DNA of 64,000 bases from assembly GCA_019058445.1 (NCBI GenBank), contig JAHPZA010000010.1, positions 576,001-640,000 of the forward strand, given 5' to 3'. The notes beneath the pieces were generated by a model. It saw only the letters and a list, made by a program, of their open reading frames with translations. It was not told the origin of the DNA and did not search any database. This DNA comes from Promethearchaeota archaeon (GTDB taxonomy: Archaea > Asgardarchaeota > Lokiarchaeia > Sigyniarchaeales > SOKP01). Shown here one piece after another: positions 43,314 to 50,907 of the stretch (the first letter of the stretch is position 1; each line of letters begins with the position of its first letter). Position numbers and translations under genes: made by a program.

Positions 43314-43754
43314 TTATATATGATTTAATTGTTCATTCAGAAAAATAGCGTCAAATACCGAAATTACACTCACTAGTTGATCCCCATCACATACCGCAAG
43401 TGTAAGTAACCCATTATCTATGATCCGGTTTATAGCATCCCTAACCTCCTCATGAATACTACAACATATAGGAGGTTTCATAATATCTTTCGCTTTTAAA
43501 ACTTTCGCATCATTCCCCTTTATTATTACTTTATTTATTATATCCTCTTCATAAATGACTCCAATAGGCTTTCCATCTTCAATAACATAAGCTGCTAATA
43601 TTGGTATACAGATTAAATCCTCACTCTCGGTTTCACAAGATCTTTCTTTTCGAATATCTTTTAGGTTTTTTGCGATTTCAAATACTGAGTCATCTTTTTT
43701 CACTCTTATAAATTCATCTTCTATATCAATATTCTTTACATTTTTTATTAACAT
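43314..43754 (-). CDS. CBS domain protein
   Basis: GKPIGVI...DI, AKDIM.P, LVSVIS..D. Confidence 0.8.
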   Translation of the reverse strand: MLIKNVKNIDIEDEFIRVKKDDSVFEIAKNLKDIRKERSCETESEDLICIPILAAYVIEDGKPIGVIYEEDIINKVIIKGNDAKVLKAKDIMKPPICCSIHEEVRDAINRIIDNGLLTLAVCDGDQLVSVISVFDAIFLNEQLNHI

Positions 43755-43926
43755 AGTTCTCTAAATTTCGAATTTTTCTCCTTATAATTGATCATCACCT
43801 CAACAAATTATATATTTTTAGTTTTTCAAAATTACCCATGGCTTTCCTAAAATGTCATCTATAAAAATTTAAATTTTACAGAGAATATAAGTAAAATACC
43901 TTCATTTAAATAACAATTTTCTAAAT

Positions 43927-44409
43927 ATGAAGAAAAATAGAGGAAAGGAACTACTAAGAAGTAGAGTCAACAAAGCACTGTTTCTTAAATCTATTATCTA
44001 TTTTCCAATTTTTTGTGTGTTAATAATATTGGCTTTATTTGGAACTGTGTTTTTAATTTTACTTCTATTAGCTTTTTTATTGTACTTATTATGGGTAATT
44101 GATTCCTATATTCCTTATCTTATTATCTATGAAGAGGGAATTTTAATTAGATCGAAGAAAAGTGCTACGCTTTGGTTCTTGCGTAAGTTCATTCCGTTTG
44201 AACAAATTATAGATGCCAAAATAACAAACAAGATTGTAAAAGTAAAGAGGACTGCGAGAAGAGTCTATAATCCACCCATTGAAATTGAAATAAATGAACT
44301 GGTAATAGATGTAAAAGATCATAAATCTTATATAATAGATAAAAGATTTTTGGCACATATATCTAAAAAAGCACTTAGTTTGATTTTAAAATATAAAAAA
44401 GGTCAATAA
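43927..44409 (+). CDS. Two-TM membrane protein with PH-like domain, related to the 37832 gene
   Basis: IYEEGILIRS...FIPFEQI..KI matches FYDKGVLLRS...FYPWEEI..CKI. Confidence 0.55.
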   Translation: MKKNRGKELLRSRVNKALFLKSIIYFPIFCVLIILALFGTVFLILLLLAFLLYLLWVIDSYIPYLIIYEEGILIRSKKSATLWFLRKFIPFEQIIDAKITNKIVKVKRTARRVYNPPIEIEINELVIDVKDHKSYIIDKRFLAHISKKALSLILKYKKGQ

Positions 44410-44484
44410 CTCTTTGAGTACATAGCTCTAAAAGATGTAATAAATAATATAATAATAAAATATAATTATTAAAGAAATGGAATT

Positions 44485-45021
44485 ATGCCAATAGTTAGTT
44501 CAATACCAATCGCGATTTTTTATTATATTTTACTGTTTTTAGGCACTATAGTCTGCATAATTGTGTTATTTATGGGAAATGGAGATATAACAAATATTTT
44601 TGGTTATTTTTTTATCTCAGGAACTGGATTAGTTTGTCATCTTATATTAGTAGGGGATCTTTTTGATAACCAGGATATAGATTATCCCTATAGAACTTAC
44701 ATTTGCATAATTTTAATTGGAGTTTTCTTTTATTTGGTCGCAATTTTTTATGGTTTGTTTATAATTCTACTTCTCTTTTATCAGGTTTCAAAAAGTACTT
44801 TTGCATTTTTCAATTTTATATCCTTTGCAATATTATGGATTCTTGTCATAAGTGTTTCTTTATATAGCATCTTTATATATTCAGTTAAAGAAGAAGAAAA
44901 ATTAAGAGACAGACTAATTGAGAAAAAAAGGAGAGCCAGACAAAAAAAGAAAGAACTACGAGATAAAATGGAAGAGTATCTACAATGGAAAGCTAGGGAA
45001 AAACCAGACCAACAAAGTTAA
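44485..45021 (+). CDS. Four-TM membrane protein with charged C-terminal tail
   Basis: Hydrophobic segments then a K/R/E-rich helix. Confidence 0.6.
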   Translation: MPIVSSIPIAIFYYILLFLGTIVCIIVLFMGNGDITNIFGYFFISGTGLVCHLILVGDLFDNQDIDYPYRTYICIILIGVFFYLVAIFYGLFIILLLFYQVSKSTFAFFNFISFAILWILVISVSLYSIFIYSVKEEEKLRDRLIEKKRRARQKKKELRDKMEEYLQWKAREKPDQQS

Positions 45022-45050
45022 TTAAAAAAAAAAGTAAAAATTGATTTAAT

Positions 45051-47185
45051 TTAGCCTATTTCAACATCCATCTTCTTACGCTCTTCAAGGAGATCGTCAA
45101 CTACAGATGGATCGGCTAAGGTTGTGACATTTCCAATATCAGTTCCAGATGCGATAGCTTTTAAAATTCGACGCATGATTTTACCGCTTCTGGTTTTTGG
45201 GAGAGCATCGGCAAATTGAACGACATCAGGTTGAAATACTGGTCCTATTTCTTTTCGAACATGATTTTTAATATCTCTCTTCAACTCAACTGATTTATCA
45301 ACGCCTTGCATTAAAGTAACAAAACTCCAAATGGCTTGACCCTTAATTTTGTGGGGAAAAGGAGCTACTGCAGCTTCAGCTACCTTCGGATGACTCACTA
45401 TTGCTGATTCGACTTCCATGGTTCCAATTCGGTGGCCTGAAACCTTAATCACATCATCTAATCTGCCTAAAATCCAATAATAACCATCTTCGTCTCGACG
45501 TGCTCCATCTCCAGTATAGTAACATCCCGGATACCTTTCGAGATAAGTCGATTTGAATCGTTCGGTGTCACCCCACACATCTCTTAACATACCAGGCCAT
45601 GGTTGAGCCATACAAAAATATCCTCCTTCATGGGCTTCAGTTACCTCGTCTCCTTCTAAATCAAAAATTATCGGTTTGATTCCTAAGAATGGTAAGCAAC
45701 ATGAACCTGGTTTTGTGGGTGTAGCGGTCGCTATCGGCGTCATTATAAAGCCCCCCGTTTCTGTTAGCTAATGAGTGCGAATTGCAATCATCTTTTGCCA
45801 GTATGTATCAACGATGGGGCATTTTTCCTTTCCTACAATTCTGTGATACCACGTCCATGCCTCAGGGTTTTTCCCAAACTACGCATAAGTTGCATAATTT
45901 ATTGGTTCCCCTACAGTACCTAAGACGCGGATAGAGCTGAGATCATGTTTATTCACAGGCTCATCACCATATCGCATTAACGCTCTTATTGCCGTCGGAG
46001 CTGTATAAAACTGTGTAACCTTGTGTCGCTCAACAATATCCCAAAAGCGGTCCACATTTCCCCCATATGAAGAAATTTCAATTTTTCCTAAAGAATTAGG
46101 ATTTTTAATTTGTATGACTGGGTATGTAGGCACGCTTTCAAACATAAGTGTTGTAGCGCCATTTGCTAATGGTCCATATACAATATAACTATGTCCGGTA
46201 ATCCAACCTATATTTCAGCTAAGCTAAGCGAGTTGCTTTAACTTTCTGCTGTACAATACCAGACATCGCCATCCTTATAATTAAACACCACTCTATGTGT
46301 AAATGAAGTGTAAAGGATATAACCTGCTGTGGTATGTTTCACCCCTTTAGGTTTACCAGTAGTTCCGCTTGTATATAGGATGAATAAGGTGTCTTCAGAA
46401 TCCATTTCTTCACAATCACAATCCTCATTCATACCATCAATGAAATCATGATACCAGATATCCTTGTTGGTGCTTGGAACTTCATTTCCCGTACGCTTTA
46501 CTATTATAACATGCTCTATGGTAGGTACGTCATCGATAATTTGAGCGACATCTGCCATTTTTGGATAGGTTTTTCCCGCTCTAAAGGTCTCATCGCTAGT
46601 AAACAACAATCTCGAATCAGAATCCTCAATCCTATCTTTTACTGCTTCTTTTGAAAATCCGCCAAATACAATAGAATGAATTATTCCAAGTCGAGCGCAG
46701 GCTAACATAATAATTGCCAATTCAGGCAACATAGGGAGCCAAATGGTGACCCTATCTCCTTTTTTGAGCCCAAATTTTTTCATGCCGTTGGCAACTTTAC
46801 ACACTTCTTTTTTTAGCTCGCTAAATGTGAATTTTCTCACTTCTCCGGGTTCATCAGCCTCCCAGATTAGAGCGGTATGGTCGCCTTTCCCTTTTTTGAT
46901 ATGGCGATCGATACAATTATAGCATACGTTTAATTTTCCGCCAACAAACCATTTTCCGGGAAATAAGTCCGTTTTTTCCCAAACTTTATCGTAAGGTTTG
47001 AACCAGTCTAAAGATTTAGCTTGCTCGCCCCAAAACCCCTCCATATCATCAATACTTTGCTGCCACAGTTTTTTATATTCTTCGAAAGACATCCCGGTCT
47101 TTGCATAATCAGGATTTAAATTAACCGGATTGAAAACACGTGTTTCTGTAAGAATCGATTCCATTTTTTTATCTTCTTCTGACAT
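45051..47185 (-). CDS. acs: Acetyl-CoA synthetase (AMP-forming), 5 exons / 4 putative BHB introns; exons 46246-47185, 46118-46213, 45901-46057, 45794-45870, 45051-45763; spliced product 660 aa
   Basis: [68 protein letters not shown]. Exon sum is 1983 nt (661 codons) with no internal stops after splicing. Confidence 0.9.
45764..45793 (-). other. acs intron 4, 30 nt, BHB-type, contains in-frame UAG
   Basis: mRNA: CU GGCA AA|A GAUGA...UCAUU AGCU AA|C AG; removal gives UGG CAA ACA GAA (WQTETGG). Confidence 0.85.
45871..45900 (-). other. acs intron 3, 30 nt, BHB-type, contains in-frame UAG
   Basis: mRNA: ACCA AU|A AAUUAUGCA-ACUUA-UGCGUAGUU UGGG AA|A; removal gives GEPINPEAW. Confidence 0.85.
46058..46117 (-). 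other. acs intron 2, 60 nt, relaxed BHB-type, in-frame with no stop
   Basis: mRNA: ACCC AG|U CAUA...UAUG GGGG AA|A UGUGG; removal gives CCA GAU GUG GAC CGC (YPDVDRFW). Confidence 0.75.
46214..46245 (-). other. acs intron 1, 32 nt, BHB-type
   Basis: mRNA: UGUA CAGC AG|A ...hairpin... GCUG AA|A UAUA; removal gives GCA GAU AUA GGU UGG (ADIGW). Confidence 0.85.
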
Positions 47186-47191
47186 AAATTA

Positions 47192-47231
47192 TCACCAAAT
47201 TTGATACTTGAATAGAATATTTTTTTATATA
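47192..47231 (-). promoter_or_regulatory. Putative SD (GGTGA) and TATA-like box upstream of acs
   Basis: Minus strand reads TATATAAAA about 40 nt upstream and GGTGA 6 nt before the ATG. Confidence 0.4.
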
Positions 47232-47341
47232 GAAATTTTCTTAATCACATGAATTCAATAACAGTTTTAAACATTTTATATAAATTTTATAAATAATTAT
47301 ATACTTAGAGAACGAAATTATTTTGTACTTGAGGGGTTAAA

Positions 47342-49249
47342 ATGGAAAGAATTGATTTATTAGATAAAGACTGGAGAGAGAAATGGAAAAATAAGGAAAT
47401 AACACCCAAAGAGGCAATAGGGAAGATTATTCCTGGAAATCGGGTATTTATTGATACTGGGTGTAGTGAACCGCAGGCATTAACAGATGAATTAATCAAA
47501 CAATCTGAAAAATTGATAGATACTGAGTTAATTCACTTTCTCACAATTTATCCTCAAAAATATTTCAAAGATAAGGCAGAAGATTTGTTTAGGCATAATG
47601 CGTTTTTTATAGGGAAAGCTCTCAGAGAGGAAATAAATAAAGGACAAGCAGATTATACACCTATAATAGCCAGTGAAATTCCTTCATTATTTCTTTCAGG
47701 TCGTAAATATTGTGATGTTGCCTTAATTCAAGTAACTCCCCCGGATCGATATGGTTTTTGCTCATTTGGAGTTAATGTTGATGTTGCTAAGCCAATTGCC
47801 CAATCAGCGTACATTACTATTGCCGAGATAAATCCCCAAATGCCCAGAACATTGGGAAATAGCTTCATCCACATGAAAGAAATTGATCATTTTGTGTATA
47901 ACGACACACCTCTCATAGAATTCCAGTTTAAGGAAAAGAATGAGATTATTGAGAGAATAGGAAAAAATGTAGCAGGTATCATTCAAAATAAATCAACAAT
48001 CCATATTGGTAATGGATATATTCCGAATGCTTGTTTAAATTACTTATTTGAAAAAAGAGATCTTGGAATGCACTCTCATTTTATAACTGATAATATCATA
48101 CATTTAATAGAAAACACTGTTTTAACATGTAGGAAAAAGAACTTCCATCCTGAAAAGATTATTACTAGCTACGCGTTAGGAACAAAAAAGCTATTTGATT
48201 TTATCAATAATAATCCTTACATTGAGTTTTATCCAACAGATTACATCTGCAATCCCCGATATATCGCAATGAATAAAAACATGGTTTCAATAAATCAAGC
48301 ATTACAAATCGATTTAACAGGCCAAGTAAATACTTCAACAAAAGGATACAAATTTCATACTGGAATTGGAGATACTGTGGATTTTATGAGAGGGGCAGCG
48401 CTTTCTAAGGGTGGAAAGCCAATAATTGTTTTACCTTCAACAAGAAAAGAGGGAACGGAATCAACCATAGTTCCCCATTTAGACGAGGGAGCGGGAATAA
48501 TTCTTTCTCGAGCAGATATTCACTATGTTGTAACCGAATGGGGAGTAGCATATCTTCATGGAAGGACAATTCGAGAAAGAGCCTTAGAATTAATATCTAT
48601 TGCCCATCCTGATTTTAGACAGTCTTTATTAGATCAAGCGAAAATATTGAACTACATTTACTCTGATCAATTATTACCCTGCGATGAGGAAGGAAATATT
48701 TGTATTTATCCAAAACACTATGAGACCTATTTTGTGACTAGAGCTGAAGAAAAAGTTATTGTACGCCCGGTAAGGACAACTGACGAACCTCTCTTGAAAA
48801 AATTGTATTATTCTTTAGATGAAAGAGATAGATATTTGAGGTTCTTTGAGGTGAAAAAGGAATTTACACATTCAAAAACACAACATGAGGTTAATATTGA
48901 TTATGAGAATATCTTTTCAATTGGAGCTTTTGTAGGAGATATTACAAATCAGGAAATGGTGGGAAACGCATCTTATTACTATAATCCCCGAAATAATATG
49001 GCAGAATACAGCTTTTTAGTTCGAGAAGATTATAGAGGTAAAGGAGTGGGCTCTTTTCTCTATCACCACTTAATCATCATAGCAAAAGAAAGGGGAATAA
49101 AAGGATTTTATGGAACTATTCACATCCAAAATAAACAGACGGTACAGATCATAAGGAAAGGAGGGTACACAAAAATTACACCTCCAGAAGCAGGAGAAAA
49201 AGAATTATTTTATGAAGTTTTTTTTGATAAAGACAATTCAAATGAATAA
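47342..49249 (+). CDS. Acetyl-CoA hydrolase/CoA-transferase fused to a C-terminal GNAT N-acetyltransferase
   Basis: DVALIQV.PPD..G.CS.G, EIN..MPRT.G, ID.TGQ, G.GD..DF.RGA..S.GG, VVTEWG.A.L.G; GNAT: YLRFF, AEYSFLV..DYRGKGVG. Confidence 0.9.
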   Translation: MERIDLLDKDWREKWKNKEITPKEAIGKIIPGNRVFIDTGCSEPQALTDELIKQSEKLIDTELIHFLTIYPQKYFKDKAEDLFRHNAFFIGKALREEINKGQADYTPIIASEIPSLFLSGRKYCDVALIQVTPPDRYGFCSFGVNVDVAKPIAQSAYITIAEINPQMPRTLGNSFIHMKEIDHFVYNDTPLIEFQFKEKNEIIERIGKNVAGIIQNKSTIHIGNGYIPNACLNYLFEKRDLGMHSHFITDNIIHLIENTVLTCRKKNFHPEKIITSYALGTKKLFDFINNNPYIEFYPTDYICNPRYIAMNKNMVSINQALQIDLTGQVNTSTKGYKFHTGIGDTVDFMRGAALSKGGKPIIVLPSTRKEGTESTIVPHLDEGAGIILSRADIHYVVTEWGVAYLHGRTIRERALELISIAHPDFRQSLLDQAKILNYIYSDQLLPCDEEGNICIYPKHYETYFVTRAEEKVIVRPVRTTDEPLLKKLYYSLDERDRYLRFFEVKKEFTHSKTQHEVNIDYENIFSIGAFVGDITNQEMVGNASYYYNPRNNMAEYSFLVREDYRGKGVGSFLYHHLIIIAKERGIKGFYGTIHIQNKQTVQIIRKGGYTKITPPEAGEKELFYEVFFDKDNSNE

Positions 49250-49333
49250 ATTAATAAAGAATTCTTCCAAAAAATCATTAAAGCTTTTTAAAAAGAATAT
49301 TAAACAATAAAATAAAAATTTAGGTGTTAAAAA

Positions 49334-50008
49334 ATAATTCAAATTGTATTTTTAATAGTATTTTTTATTGTAACAGTCGCAAATTTATTCTCATGTATAA
49401 AAGGGAATAAGAAATTGGAGCATATCTCAAAACCTTTGTTAATGCCCGTTTTAGCCTTGTACTTTATATTTGCTACATTCACTGATGGAACTAACTGGCT
49501 TATAGTTTTAGCACTGTTATTTGGATGTATCGGGGATATTTTTTTAATGTTAGAAAACGAAGAAAAATGGTTCATATTTGGAATGGTAGGATTTCTAATA
49601 GGACATATATTTTATATAATTGCGTTCTTGCTCTCGATTGGAGGTCAACTCACGTCTTTCCCATTTTGGGGGATTCTTATGATTGTTCCAGTTATAATAA
49701 TTCTATTGTTAACGTTCCCAAGATTCAAGGATCATATGGGCGAGTTAAAAATACCTGTATATGTCTACATGGCAACAATTTTATTAATGCATTTATCCGC
49801 AATTTTAAGATTAGCTGTACTTGATGTTTTTTGTCCATGTTTTTTACTCGTTTGGATAGGCTCAATTTTATTTATATTATCTGACTCTTTAATAGCTGTT
49901 GATACATTCAATGAGAATATAGAAATTCCTAATTTCTATATCATGTTGACTTACATTTTCGGTCAGTTTTTCATCGCTCAAGGAATAATAATGACAATTT
50001 TAATGTAG
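49334..50008 (+). CDS. Lysoplasmalogenase / YhhN family membrane protein
   Basis: SKPLLMP, GDIFL, FLIGH..Y, PVYVY, F.LSDS, TY...Q. Frame is open upstream of the TTG at 49415 back to 49331, adding a TM helix; start uncertain. Confidence 0.85.
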   Translation: MIQIVFLIVFFIVTVANLFSCIKGNKKLEHISKPLLMPVLALYFIFATFTDGTNWLIVLALLFGCIGDIFLMLENEEKWFIFGMVGFLIGHIFYIIAFLLSIGGQLTSFPFWGILMIVPVIIILLLTFPRFKDHMGELKIPVYVYMATILLMHLSAILRLAVLDVFCPCFLLVWIGSILFILSDSLIAVDTFNENIEIPNFYIMLTYIFGQFFIAQGIIMTILM

Positions 50009-50086
50009 AGGATTTATTAGAGATTATAAAATCATTAATAATCACTAGTTTTATTTCTTTTTTTTAATTTTTAAATTTATAGAAAT

Positions 50087-50881
50087 ATGAAATTTAAATA
50101 CACTGATTACCACGTTCATACTAAATGGAGCCATGATATAAAGGAATTTGGTCCATCATTTGAAGATTATTTGGATATTGCAGAAAGAAATAATATTAAT
50201 CTCTGTTTTTTGGATCATTATGAGTTATACTACATTGAAAATGATGAGACATATCCCTTTTATGATGGTAAAATAGAGCAATATTTAGAAGAAATTGATA
50301 ATGTAAAAGCGACATATGATTTTGTGCTAAGTGGTCTTGAAGTAGACTATTATCTGGATTATGAAATAAAGCTTCGAGAATTTATGGATGACTATGGAAA
50401 GGACTTCAATTTTATAGCAGGTACTCTCCATGAACCACATATTGGTTTACCTGTAACTAGTAGGGATTTATTAATCGAGCTTCTAGGAAAAAAAGATGTG
50501 AAACAAGTTGTTGATGACTTCTTTAGACAATCAGAAATGATGATTAAATCTCAAATTTTCCAGAATATTTGTCACTTGGATACAATCTTTCGATATATCA
50601 ATATAAGAGATTTAAAACCAACTTCCGATACAGATGTTTCAGATGACCGAGTGTTAAATTTAGGAAGACTTTGTATAAAAAATAATATAAATATAGAATA
50701 TAATCTTTCAGGATTAAAATTTCCCATCAATAGACCATTTCCGTCTACGGCTGTAATTACTCAATTAAAAAGAGAGGGAGCTAAAATTTTTGTAGGATCT
50801 GATAGCCACTCTATTAATTACTTTCAAACGAGTATTTCCAAAGTAAAGAAAGCCTATAAGTTTTTAAAAAAGATTGGCTAA
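50087..50881 (+). CDS. PHP-family phosphatase (HisJ/HisK-like histidinol phosphatase)
   Basis: DYHVHT..S, LDH, GLEVDY, H, CHLD, GSDSH. Confidence 0.85.
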   Translation: MKFKYTDYHVHTKWSHDIKEFGPSFEDYLDIAERNNINLCFLDHYELYYIENDETYPFYDGKIEQYLEEIDNVKATYDFVLSGLEVDYYLDYEIKLREFMDDYGKDFNFIAGTLHEPHIGLPVTSRDLLIELLGKKDVKQVVDDFFRQSEMMIKSQIFQNICHLDTIFRYINIRDLKPTSDTDVSDDRVLNLGRLCIKNNINIEYNLSGLKFPINRPFPSTAVITQLKREGAKIFVGSDSHSINYFQTSISKVKKAYKFLKKIG

Positions 50882-50907
50882 CAAGACTTATTAAAGAATA
50901 TTAAAGA

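Larger units (their letters stand above)
37480..45290. mobile_element. Possible island bounded by ~230-bp direct repeats of the acs 3' end
   Basis: 37480-~37720 vs 45051-~45290 align in the same orientation; no integrase seen. Confidence 0.4.

Noticed and set aside
45764-45900. Pyrrolysine or stop-codon readthrough of the two in-frame UAGs
   Set aside because: Readthrough would leave 10-aa inserts inside invariant motifs and cannot fix the 32-nt frameshifting insert with its UAA.
45764-46245. Inserts as inteins, group I/II introns, spliceosomal introns or MITEs
   Set aside because: They are far too short for inteins or ribozymes, lack GT-AG ends, and show no clear terminal inverted repeats with target-site duplications.
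45051-47185. acs as an ordinary degraded pseudogene
   Set aside because: All lesions are discrete structured insertions whose BHB-predicted removal restores consensus codons. The exons have no stops or frameshifts. Not formally excluded without RNA data.
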